Positions 12,910 through 24,439 of a stretch of 45,952 bases of DNA are shown here, piece after piece. Position 1 is the stretch's first letter. Every line of letters begins with the position of its first letter. The stretch covers positions 37,768,064-37,814,015 of the forward strand of contig JBOZIK010000001.1 in NCBI GenBank assembly GCA_051453625.1, read 5' to 3'. A program made the position numbers and the translations under genes. This DNA comes from Welwitschia mirabilis. Lineage: Eukaryota. Under the pieces are notes generated by a model. The model was given only the letters and a program-made list of their open reading frames with translations, searched no databases and had not been told where the DNA came from.

Positions 12910-15800
12910 TTAAGGACAAGGAACTAAGTTTAAGTATTTACATACAAAGGCAAACTAGTCTTGAGAGAGTGTTTTGTGAGAATATTAGCTAGTTGATAAT
13001 TAGTGGGAACATACTTAATTATAACCTCCTTGGAATCTACATGATATCTAATCAAGTAATGATGAATATCAACATTTTTAATTTTAGAATAAAGTATAGG
13101 AATATTGGAAGTATGGATGGCACTAGAATTGTCAAAAAATATTAGAGTATAACTTTCATAGATGTCAAGATCTAGTAAGATATGATAAATCCATAAGACT
13201 TTGGCTGCATAACTACCAACTACTATATATTTAACTTCAATAGTGGATAAGGCTATAAAAAATTATTCTTAAGATGTCCAACTTACTAAACAAGATCCTA
13301 AGAAAAAATAATGATCACTAGGGCTTTTCCTATCATGCATAAAACTAGTCCAATCAGCATCACACAAGGCAAATAAATTTAAAGTAGTATCTTTAGAAAA
13401 TCAAATGCGATAATGTAAGCTCATTTTACATACTTGAGAATTTGTTTGATAGTTTTAGATGAGATTATTCAGATTTGGATTGATACTTGGAACATAGTTT
13501 TACCAAAAAAGTAACATTAAGAGTGATGTTAGATGTACTTATAGTGAAATAGATAAGAATCCCAATCATGTTTCTATAAAGTTTGGTGTCAACATCCTTT
13601 TCACTTTCATTTGTATTAATTTTGTCATTCACTCGCATTGGAGTTGATGTTGGTTTGCATTGATCTAGACCAAACCTCTTGATGAGTTCACTTAAAAATT
13701 TTTGTTAAGACAAGAATGTACCATTTTTTCTTTTCTTTACTTATAATACAGTAACCATTCATAACTCACCTGGATGGCTCATTTAAAAAATAACTAGTCA
13801 TTAGATTAGTAAACTCATGATACATAGAGTCCATGGTTTCTTCAAAGATGATATCATTAATATAAATTTTCACAAGTAAGAAATATGAATTTACCCTTTT
13901 TATAAACATAGTTTTATCTATTTTACCTCTAATAAATTCATGAGTTAAAATAAAAAAAGTAAGTTTTTCATTCCATGCTCTTGGTGGTCATTTTATTTCA
14001 TAGAATGTCTTTTTCAATGTATAAACATGATGAGGATGTCCTAATTATTCAAAACTAGGGGGTTGTTCTACCTATATAAGTTCATTTAAGGTTTAATTTA
14101 AGAAATTACTTTTTACATCCATTTGATCATTCTTGAAATTGTAGAACCAAAAGAAACAAAGAAAACGTGAATAGACTCTAATCTAGTAATAATGACAAAT
14201 GTTTCTTTGAAATTAATACCTTTTAGTAGAGTATAAATTTGTGCCACCAACCTTGCTCTATTTCTTACCACTTGGGAGTTATTATTTAACTTGTTTTGGA
14301 AAATCCATTGGGTACCAATAACACGTGATCACTTAGCCTAGAAACAAGCTTCCAAACTTCACTTTTTTTGAATTTATCATGTTCTTCTTGCATAGCATTA
14401 ATCCAAAATTCATCTTATTCAAATTTTTTAAAAGAATTAGGTTTTAAGGTTGAAAAAAATACAAATGATTGTACAAATTAAGATTCTTGTCTTAACCTTA
14501 TTAAACACATTACTAATAAAAAATTCAATAGGAAAATCCGTAGGCATAATTGTTTCTTTATAGGTTAAGGTTTTTTAATAAGGCAAGGAAGGTAAGGAAA
14601 TAGAAGTTTGCCCATTTGATTTAAATATTTTACAAATTAATTCTACTTCATCATCATCATTTCCATTTTTTTGACTACTTTTATTAATCCTAACATGAAC
14701 ACATTCCTTGATTCTACTCAAGTTTGGTTAAACACTTGATAGGCTTTACTAGTTTTAGAGTATCTAAGGAAAATTCCTTTTGAAGATTTAGAATTAAAAT
14801 TATTTGTTACATTATCATTCTTTAGTATACAAAATTTACTACTAAATATTTTAAAATATGATACATTTGACATCTTTTCTTTCCACATCTTATAAGAAGT
14901 TTTAGTTCTACCAGGTTTAGGATGAGAATGGTTAGATATATAGCAAGTAGTATTGAGAGATTTAATTCAAAATATCTTAGCTACGTCATTTTATTGAATG
15001 ATTATCCTAATCATTTATTGAAGAATCCTATTATTTATTTCAACAACACCATTTTGTTGTGGACTTCTTGGGGTAGAAAACTCATGACACATTTCTTCTC
15101 ACACCATTCATCAAAAGATTCATTTTCAAATTCTCCTATAGAACTAATTCTAATATTTTTAATATTATATCTTGTTTCACTTTCTAGTCTGCTATACAAG
15201 ATTTAAAGTTTTTCAAAGGATTTATTTTTGTGTCTTAGAAATGGAGTCCAAGAGAATCTACTAAAACTATGATTAAAACATATTTCTTTTCATTAAAACT
15301 TTCTATAGGGATAGGACTTATAAGATAAAGATGAAGTAAATCTAGAAAGCATTGAGAGGAAAATTGATTAATTTTATAAAATCTCTTTCTAATTTATTTT
15401 TCTAATTAATAAGCTATACAAATATTTCCTTTTACTTTGCTTAAAATAAAAATTCCCTTATTAATACTATGTTTAGAGATATTATAAAGGTTCTTATAGT
15501 TAATGTGATTAAGACATTTGTGCCACAATTTACTTTCTTTGGAAGCAAAGGGGGATAAACATTTACTACTCATTGGTTGCCTAATGGAATAAATATTTTC
15601 ATCCTTATTATCAGACAAAATAATATTTCCATATTTATCTCAAACATGATAATTTAAAGTACTAAAAATAACATGCATACCTTTATTACAAATTTGACTA
15701 ATGCTAGGGAGGTTGTGCTTTAGTCCATTGAGATAGAGAACATTGTGTACTATTGAAAAGTCTTCATTAACTACTATGCTAACACCTTCCACCAATGTCT
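12910..15800 (-). pseudogene. pol: Copia pol pseudogene (protease C-part, GAG-pre-integrase, integrase, RT, RNase H)
   Basis: Minus translations: VHNVLYLNGLKHNLPSISQICNKG (~15700-15750); SKLWHKCLNHIN (~15500); QQNGVVE (~15050); VIGTQWIFQNK..RNRARLVAQ (~14240-14320); PRAWNEKL..RGKIDKTMFIK..IYINDIIF (~13850-13980); DNSSAI..KNVDIHHYLIR (RNase H, ~13050-13135). Many stops and frameshifts. Confidence 0.93.
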
Positions 15801-15899
15801 TTAAATGTTACAACCCCTCCATTACATTTGTCCATATTTGTGAATCTACTAGCGGCTGATAATGTGGTATGAGTCAAAAGACTTATATAAAGTTTTTCA

Positions 15900-16281
15900 T
15901 TACTCCATCTATTATTAAAGTAAGGCTTTTTCTTGATAAATTGATAGCTAAATAAAGTTATAAATCAGAAAAATACATTGCTTATAAAATAATTAAGTTT
16001 AGTATGTCTAAACCTACTTAAAAAATTACATAAGAGAAATTTCTTAATTTTATTACTAAATTCAACATTTCAAGAGTAAGGTTGAGTATCATCTAATTTA
16101 TGATTTGGATACAATAAGCCTTTACTATTGGAAAGTTATAAAGCTTTGCTAGATTTAGCTGACACCAAGGTAGAAGATAGAGGAGTAACATATCCAAGAC
16201 CAATTTTATCACTAGGTGCTCTTTACTTCTAGAGCATTATTTCCAATGAATTGTTACCTATGAAAAACTTCAATATAATTT
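15900..16281 (-). pseudogene. gag: Gag C-terminal/linker remnant of element A, truncated at the B insertion
   Basis: rc translation KFFIGNNSLEIML*K*RAPSDKIGLGY matches the SIRE gag-pol linker motif (LDxxLxxQxxxxDKxGLGY) and ends right at B's 5' LTR. Confidence 0.7.
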
Positions 16282-16444
16282 TGTTAGATTATGTTTTGCC
16301 AATTTATGTCAAACTAATGTTTTCTATATAGCAAATTTTGTGTATCTTATGCAAAAGATGTTAAATTTCTTATAGGTTGAAAGATGGAATTGAAATCATA
16401 AACTTCTAAGTACTAGAAACCTATTAGTTATTTTATCCTCTTGA

Positions 16445-16872
16445 TGGGGTTGACTAGATTTTTGATGGGGTCGACTGAACCTGTAACCTCAAGAACCAGT
16501 GTTCTTGAACTGAATGAAAAGAAGTCGACTAGATCTTTATGGATTTGATTGAATTTGAGGACCTAATAAACAACATCCTGAACTAAATGACAAGGGGTCT
16601 ACCAGACCTATGATGGAGTCGACTGGATCTGAGCAATGTACAACTAGTACACCTGAGCCGATCATCATGGGGTCAACCAGATACCTGAAGGAGTTGACCA
16701 GACTCAATGCTGAAAACTAAAACAAATTTTATTAGGAGGAGCAGGTGATTAGATAATGTAGCGAGCGTAAACCTAGATGGAGTTGACCGGACAGGCCATA
16801 AGAAATTGAAATAAATGAATTTCTTCTTTAGGTGACCTGTGTAACTCAGGATACCATATGGGGTCGACCGAA
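16445..16872 (+). repeat. ~74-bp tandem units, each with two GTCGAC-like palindromes, in B 5' LTR
   Basis: gg(g/a)gt(c/t)gac(c/t)(a/g)ga motifs in pairs ~22 bp apart at ~16449/16470, 16524/16546, 16596/16618, 16671/16692, plus ~16781 and ~16863. Confidence 0.8.
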
Positions 16873-17262
16873 CGAAACAAAAGTAAAATTTTTTAAACTT
16901 TATGTATCCATTATGTAGCCATTAGAAGCGCAGTTTAAATGTAATAAACCCTAAAAAACCTCTAATATAAATAGCTAAGACATAGAGGAATAAAGAATCT
17001 TTTGGAGCCATCTTCATTTGGGTAAATCTATTGGATTTAAAGGATCGAGTATTGTAATTGGATGACTTTCACTATTGTATCTTGGCATCTATATTTTTGA
17101 CCAAAGAAGATATTCTATTATCATCATCTCTACATTCAAGATCATATCAAGGGCTTCATTTATTTTACATCTATAGGATAAGAGCTCCATTAAATTTACT
17201 AAATCAAGAATGAGTGATATCTGTGCTTTAAAGGCATTATTATGTCACTACCTTGCTTTGTG

Positions 17263-17380
17263 AAAGGTTGAGATTAAGCTTTGAAAAGTCCATTTAAAGA
17301 TTGAGACTAAGCCTTAAAAAGTCCATTTAAAGATTGAGACTAAGCGTAGAAAAGTTTATTGTAAAGGTTACAAGTAAACC
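17263..17380 (+). repeat. 33-bp tandem repeat (3 copies plus partial) in B 5' LTR
   Basis: aaagattgagactaagccttaaaaagtccattt-like units starting at 17263, 17296, 17329 and partially 17363. Confidence 0.9.
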
Positions 17381-17676
17381 TAAAATACCTGATGGAGTAA
17401 AAAGATCCAAGATCTAATTTGGAAATAAGCTAATCATTGAGAGTGAAATAGGGGGTTTCCCAAATCACTATAAATTTGTCTTGCATCCAATTGGTATATT
17501 TGTGCTTTTAGTCATTATTTATTTACTTTCATTATTTTTTATATCATGCACATTTTAGATTAATCCCTTATTGTATGCAAGTTTTGTTTAAGATTGAATT
17601 ATTTATTTAGAATATTGTGTTGAAATTTTTTAAAGAACCAATTAACCCCCCCTCTAGGGTTCTTGATCCTATCATT

Positions 17677-17688
17677 TGGTATCAGAGC
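17677..17688 (+). promoter_or_regulatory. Primer binding site (tRNA-iMet) of element B
   Basis: TGGTATCAGAGC directly after the LTR-terminal CA. Confidence 0.95.
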
Positions 17689-17738
17689 TAAGTTGAGTTT
17701 TATTTAGATTTTAATTAATCTTGACTTAGAACCCTAAA

Positions 17739-19740
17739 ATGAGTAACCCATTTGATGGTTTTTCCACTAGTCATTCACCTATGTTTGATGGATTAAACTA
17801 TGCCTATTGGAAAGTTAGGATGAGAATATTTCTTAGATCCTTAGATGCCGACATAGAGAAAGTCATCTATAAAGGTTACACTATGCCTACATTAATCTAA
17901 ATTGATGTAAATGGTAATACTATCCTAGTTTCCAAAGCTTGAGACTAATGGACCGTCATTGACAAGTCAAAAGCCATCATAGATGCCCGTGCCCTTAATG
18001 CCATATTTTGTATAGTTTGTGCAAATGAATTTAAGTGCATAGCAAATTGTAACCATGCTAAGAAAGCTTGGGAGATTTTTGAAGTAGCACATGAAGAAAC
18101 TTCAAATATAAAACAAGTAAAACTCTAGATGTTTATTTTAAAATTTGAATATATCTATATGGATGAACAAGAGAATTGCAGGAATTTTTTACTAGACTTA
18201 TTATAATTGTAAACTCAATGGCAAGCCTTAGAAAAAACTTGGAGGAAGGAAAAGTAGCAAGGAAAGTCTTGAGATCCCTACCCAAGAGATTTGAGCTAAA
18301 GGTCATAACCATCAAAGAGAGCAAGAACATAAATGCAATGGCACTAGAAGAAATTCAAGGTAATTTGCAAATCCATGAGCTTAAATTTGTTAAGAATAAG
18401 AAAAAAAGGTATTAATTTAAAATTGTACAAGAAAACTATAGATCTGATAGATCAGATGAGGACTTGAATAATGATGAAACAGCTATTCTAGCTAGAAGGT
18501 CAGAAAATTTCTTCATAGGAAGAAAAAGAAAGGAGAATCAACTAGAAATACAAAAAGAAGTCATCTAAAACATAGATAGGAGAAAGAAAAGAGTAAAAAG
18601 ATCTAATTCTACTCATGAAAAGAATTTGATCATATAACAAATGAGTGCCCTAACACAAGGAGAGATTGAAAGAAATCAAAGAATCCCTCTTTTATTGCCA
18701 CATGGTACACTAAAGATAATGATGATGATGAAAACTACTCAGATCAATAATTAGATAGAGATAGAAGGTTGTCTTTCATAGCCTTTGTGCCATTACTCAA
18801 AGATGTTCCTAGTATGTTAGTGCCTGATGATTTAGATATGATCAATGAAGAAGAAGATAAATCAGAAGGCATATATTAGGATTTATATGAGGAATGTGAA
18901 AAGCTAGCTAAGAGGGTAAACGATTTGAATAGAGTAGTGAAGACTATCACGAAAGAAAAGGAGGAATTGGAAGATAAATATAATGTGCTAAAATTTGATA
19001 ATACTAGCTTAATTTATTAGGCAAAATATCTTTCTTTTTTTGTAAATAAATTCTTGAGTAGTTCTTCTAAATCGGAATGGATTCTTGAAGTGCAAAGACC
19101 TACTAAAGAATGATCAGGTATTAGCTTTAGTACTCAGAAATCATAAGAATAGGTAAACTGGAAGAGTAAGTATGCTTCTAAACTTTCATTTAACATTTGT
19201 GGTAAATTTGATCATTCAAAGTTTTTTACAAAATTAGACAATTAATTCTTTTTTAAAAAACTGCAAATACTTTATCTTTTAACTTTATTCAAAAGAGAAG
19301 TGTATTACCTAAGTCTAATAAGACTAAGTGGATTAAAGCTAATAATCTTCCAAGTTTTCTAACACAAATATCTCTCAAATGACCAAGTACAAACAATTAA
19401 TATCTTGACAGTGGTTACTCAAAGCATTAGTCAGGATAAAAAATCAAGCTTTTAGTACCTAAACAATATAAATGGAGAAGAAGCTATTTTTGAAAATAAC
19501 AAAAAGGTAAAAATAGAAGGTATAGAATGTATCAAGGGAGGTAAGTTACTTAACCTTGATGATGTGATTTATGTAAATGAATTAAAACATAATTTATTGA
19601 GCATTAGTTAATTATATGATAAAGGTTATAAATTAATTTTAAAAAAATCAAAATACAAAGTTATAGATGAGAAAACAAATGTTTTTATTTTTTTTGCAAA
19701 ACGAGTGGACAACATTTATAGTATAGATACTAATTTAATC
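17739..19740 (+). pseudogene. gag: Copia gag plus aspartic protease pseudogene of element B
   Basis: MSNPFDGFSTSHSPMFDGLNYAYWKVRMRIFLRS; KVLRSLPKRFELKVITIKESKN (ORF 18176-18415, copia gag/UBN2-type); YLDSGYSKH (~19400); VIYVNELKHNLLSIS*LYDKGY..KRVDNIYSID (~19560-19730). Confidence 0.92.
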
Positions 19741-20240
19741 AATTAGTTATTTCATACAAACTAATTTTATTAAAACTAAATACTTTATAAATAATTTTAA
19801 TGTAACAAGCCATGTCTATAACTTAATTGTCAATAATGAAAATGATCTAAGGGTTTAGTTATCATTCTTTAATTGATTACAGGGCAATCAACAGGATCTA
19901 TGATTTAGTTGACTAGATGTGGTCAGTTGACTAGCCTAAAAGCCCAATCGTTTGGATTCCTTCTAGTACTATAAACTCATGTCTTGATGAATTGATCAGA
20001 ATTTCAAGCAGCTGATCAGACCTGATAGATCACAGTGTGGAAGTACCATCAGTGAACCCGATTCCTTTCTTCATTTTACCTTATTTTGCATAGTCTATAA
20101 AAGAGAGAGGAATCTAAATCAATTTTATTGCATTTTATTCCTCTCCATCTCTTAGATCTAAAGTTCTTTCTTCAAGATCTAGAGTTTTACTTTCAGATCT
20201 AATGCTTTTTTCTTAGTCTTTTTACTTATAAAGTTCTATA

Positions 20241-21290
20241 ATGGCTGAAAGGTCATCTAAGAGGAGAGTGGAAGAGGCTCCTTCAAGGGATCTAGTTGTT
20301 TTCTACTAGAGGATGTTAAAAGAGTATATTGACAAGTTTAGAGAGAAGTTTGAGAATAAACTAGTGTGCCAAGAGTAATCTATAGCTACTTCAGAACTTA
20401 AAGAGCTTACAGAAGTTATCCAACTCCTAAGAAATTAGGATCTTGATCACTTTTTAGATGTTTCTGATTTTCCTTATCCTTTTCTCACTCGGATGATATA
20501 TTATAATGCCTCTTATAATCATGACTTTAAAACCCTTGAAACCCTCATTTTTGAGAAGTAGATAAGAGTAATAGCTAATCTTATTTCTAAGCTGATCGAC
20601 CTTCTACGGAGTGGCTATGAACATTTTTGGCCTCTTTAAGATACCATGGAAGACAAGCCTATTATGACCAGGGAGATTTATGGTAAGGTGCATTCTTGAA
20701 ATCACACCTTTTCTACTTCTTTATTGACTCTAAAATATCACTTTCTACACTTGATTTTTACCTATAACATTTTGCCTTTGGCTGGACATTATGATGAGAG
20801 CTCTTGCTATCGAGCCTATTTGATGTATTTAGTAGGGATTGAGTATTCTATTAATGCTCTTATCATAATACTAAAGAATATGGTCTCACAGCTGAAGTAT
20901 CATAAAACTAGGACTTTACCCTATTCTATGCTTATCACAAGTATTTACCACCATTTTCGTGTTACCTTTTATCTAAAACTGGAGGCCTTCCATCCTATGG
21001 AACCCATTAGACATGCAACCTTATTTCGCATGCATATCTTTGTCCCTTCTAATAAATCTTCGGAATCTCCTACTCCAAAGGAAGCCTCTCTTGATGAGAC
21101 TCTTTCATATCTGAGATGGATTGACTCCTACACTAGACACATGAAGGAAGCCCTCATTGTAACTGGATATCATATTGCTGACACCTCAACAGAGGTCACT
21201 AGTTCAGCGTGCATAGGAGATGATGAAAAAGATTCATATTAAGACTCTGAAGAAGAAGAAGAATAGGTGGGAGGATGAGGAGTCTGATTA
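20241..21290 (+). pseudogene. Sirevirus env-like ORF of element B (several stops; longest open stretch 20724-21242)
   Basis: ATG GCT GAA AGG at 20241; contains YPFLTRMIYYN and TLPYSMLITSIYHHF motifs and an acidic C-terminus. Lies between the pol position and the PPT; homologous to A's 3' ORF. Confidence 0.8.
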
Positions 21291-21886
21291 AAAATTTTAG
21301 ATTATGTTTTGTATTTTTATTCTTTTCTTTGTCATTGATGTCAAAAGGATAAGAATTAGTTGTGTATTATTAAATATTTTTATATGAGTTTAATTATATG
21401 CTTTTGATGATCACTTCTAGTTTGTAATGTTTTCATGTTAATCTTATAATGTTTGCTTATATATAATGAAATGCACTAGTTCATTTTTACATAAAATCTT
21501 CTTTCATTCGATATCTCAAATCTATTTATGCTTTTCAAAATCATATATCTAAATATGTTTTTCTTTTGGTGTCATATGTGCTTAACTCGAAAATTCTGAA
21601 GTCTTTTAACATTGGTAATAAATTATACTTTGTGACATCTGATTTAATATTAAATAATTTTAAATGATCACATTATGCTTATTATAAAGTTATCCATTTT
21701 TAACTTCAAATATGTCTATTAAATTATTTTATTTAAAAATAAAATTTGATTATTCAAAATGTCTCATCTTCTTTTAAAAATAATATTATGTTGTAAATAG
21801 GAATTTTGTAAGATGGGGTTGGGGGTGGGGAATGCTTTCTAAAAGTTTTAATATTTCACAACCAAATTTTGTTTTCCATCAATGTT

Positions 21887-21898
21887 AAAGGGGGAGAT
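21887..21898 (+). promoter_or_regulatory. Terminal PPT of element B
   Basis: catcaatgttAAAGGGGGAGAT directly before the 3' LTR; a degenerate upstream PPT-like copy ttgatgtcaaaaggataag near 21335. Confidence 0.9.
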
Positions 21899-22476
21899 TA
21901 TTAGATTTTGTTTTATCAATTAATGTCAAAATAATATTTTCTGTATAGTAAATTTTGTGTATCTTGTGCAGAATACATTAAATTACTTGTAGGTCAAAAT
22001 ATGGAACCAAAATCATAAACTTCTGAGTACTTGAAACTTGTCATTATTTTATCCTTTTTATGATGTTAAATAGATTTTTAAGGGATTAACCGCACCTGAA
22101 GTAGAGAAAAAATGAACTGCACCCAAAGGGATCAACCAGATTTTTTATGGGGTTGATCAAACCTATAACCTTTAGAACCAATGTCCTTGAACCGAAAGGA
22201 AAGTAGTCGACCAGACCTTTTATGGGGTTAACCATATTTGAGAACTTGATAAATAATATCCCTAGACTAAATGACAAGAGGTCGACTAGACCTATGATGG
22301 TGTTGACCAAATCTAAGCACTATGAAGTTGGTACAATTTGGTTGATCATCAAGTGGTCGACGAGACACCTAAAGGAGTTGACGGGACTCAATGTAGAAAA
22401 CTGGAAAAGAATTTTAATAGATGAGTGGGCTACTGGATAATTAGAAAGCAACTAGACTAGGGTCCACCAAACCCAA
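21899..22476 (+). repeat. 3' LTR of element B (partial, ends at 100-N gap)
   Basis: Colinear with 16282-~16790; terminal TG mutated to TA. Confidence 0.9.
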
Positions 22477-22576
22477 NNNNNNNNNNNNNNNNNNNNNNNN
22501 NNNNNNNNNNNNNNNNNNNNNNNNNNNNNNNNNNNNNNNNNNNNNNNNNNNNNNNNNNNNNNNNNNNNNNNNNNNN

Positions 22577-22854
22577 TTCATACAAACTATGATATTAGCC
22601 TAAATCTTGTTGAAACTGAATGCTTTCTGAAGAATTTTTATGTAACACCCCATATCTATAACTTAATTGTCAATCATGAAAATGAACTGGGGTTTCAGTT
22701 GCCATCTTTTGCATGATTGTAGGATGGTTGATGGAATCTATGATTTAGTCAACTGTATGTGGTTGGTCAACTAGCCTAAAAGCCCAGTTACCTAGACTCC
22801 TTCCAATACTATAGACTTGTGACTCGACAGGTCAACCAGAATATCGAACGGTCG
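22577..22854 (+). mobile_element. Fragment of a second B-family copy (pre-env non-coding region)
   Basis: Homologous to ~19751-20014 (ttcatacaaact..., tctataacttaattgtcaat, actagcctaaaagccca). Homology stops exactly at the TG of element C's LTR. Confidence 0.85.
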
Positions 22855-23918
22855 TGTTGCAGTGTGTATTTATGTAATGTTTACATCTTGATTAGAATCC
22901 TTTTAACCACAAATAATATGCACAAACACAACACACTAATATAGATAAGAGTGACTAGATTTTCGTAATCTATTGAACGCCAAAATATGAAAATAAGAGA
23001 GTTGCTTTTAAGATAAGAAAAACTGTAACCTAAATTATATAAATAACTTATAATGCATGAAAATAAAATAAAACACATTTGTGTAAGGATAATCTAGGAA
23101 AGAAAATAACAATGCATCTAAACTAACCAAGCACAACCTTAACAAAAGTTGCCCTCATAATCTATATTAGAAGAGAAACTGTCACTGAATCTCAATCAAC
23201 ATAAACTATGAGGGAGAAGATCATTCATACATTGAAGCATAAAAATAAATGTTTATATTAGAAATTACACCACATATGTATTATAAATTAGCCACATCTT
23301 AATAGAGGAAACATCGCCCAACACTAAGGAAAGATCTTTCTAAAACTATAGAATGTTTCTCTGGTCCCTCGATTTCCTATCATGAGTATGTCAGATGCAA
23401 AGAAAGATAAGAAGAAGTCGAGGGAAATACCTCTATTTATTAACTTAAAACATGAAATGAAATAGATAGAAAGTTATAGGTAAACCCTAACTACCATGTA
23501 GAAAGGAATCAGAATATAAGTGGTAGAAGTTAGATGAACATTTAGTGTGGGAATTATAATCAGTGTCTTCCGGCTAGTCGTCTAGACGATAAAGGAGATG
23601 ATGCCACCTTATAGTAAAATCCTCTTTGGCTACTAGTTAGATCTTAGTCAGCATCTAGTTGGCATGATTGTCCATCCTATCATTCGGACGATGAGGTGGA
23701 CCATGTGCATCAACCTTGTTATTTGCAGGAAGTTATCATCTGAAATACAGATTATTCATATTTGCTCAAAATGCTTGTGATTTATCATGGAAATTACATA
23801 TTTCCATCCTTTTCATCTTAGCTCTCTATTATCATGAAAACCAAGTATTTACCTATCAATTTACCTATAAAGAAATTCAGAATAACTTATAAAATATATG
23901 TAAGTTAGCAGCGTAACA
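22855..23918 (-). repeat. LTR of element C (1064 bp)
   Basis: Starts tgttgcag where B-family homology ends and finishes gcgtaaca next to the PPT-like segment; rc TATA (cctctatttat, ~23430). Confidence 0.7.
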
Positions 23919-24439
23919 TAGCCCTTCACTTAGCTTTATCAGTCCTTGAAAAACCAGGCAGTAAACTACATTTGCAAGCTAACTTATTAGATAATAAAAA
24001 TAACAAGAATACTTCAAGAAATTATTTCTTGAATAATATTTTAGAGATAGACTGAATTTGTTTAAAAAAATTAGAAATACTAAACAGAAACACTTGTCAA
24101 GCATTAGAGGTTGGTCGTCTAGTGGATTGTCCAGATGATGTAGGGGATGATAGGATCTGAAAAGGGTTTTCAAAATTGGAACCTATAATAGAAATTGATC
24201 TTCTCAGATAACTAGTTAATTATGATAAACAACCCCCCATTATGATAAATAGTCAAATATAAATATTTACCCAAGTAAAATGCAATCCTCATCCTAAAAA
24301 TATAAAGATAATCATGTAAAAATTAGATAGAAATAATACACCATGCTGAAAAAAATAATATGTCTATATAATGACGAGAGATTTTAGTACAAAAAGGTGT
24401 AGAAGGGGAGATACAAAATATAATGCAAAAGTCACTCCC

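Larger units (their letters stand above)
8308..16281 (-). mobile_element. Sirevirus (Ty1/copia SIRE/Maximus clade) element A, degenerate, cut in gag by element B
   Basis: Minus-strand order gag remnant-PR-INT-RT-RH (copia order), then env-like ORF, multiple AGGGGGAG PPTs and 3' LTR with degenerate SIRE terminus (cctagagaggagtgttgaata, cf. cctagagggggggtgaata). Confidence 0.88.
16282..17674 (+). repeat. 5' LTR of element B (~1.39 kb, TG...CA)
   Basis: Starts tgttagattatgttttgcc, colinear with 21899 tattagattttgttttatc. Ends cctatca 2 nt before the PBS. TATAAATA at 16966-16973. Confidence 0.9.
16282..22476 (+). mobile_element. Sirevirus element B: LTR-PBS-gag-PR-(no INT/RT/RH)-env-like ORF-PPT-LTR (3' LTR cut by gap)
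   Basis: Paired LTRs (16282.. and 21899..), PBS TGGTATCAGAGC, PPT AAAGGGGGAGAT, SIRE LTR end attaaccccccctctagg...tca; gag and protease motifs. Confidence 0.92.

Noticed and set aside
16445..17380. Regularly spaced palindromic repeats resembling a CRISPR array
   Set aside because: Eukaryotic LTR context, spacers are mutually similar, repeats are degenerate, and there are no cas genes.
22086..22440. Short ORFs with internal peptide repeats
   Set aside because: Translations of the LTR tandem palindrome array, not genes.
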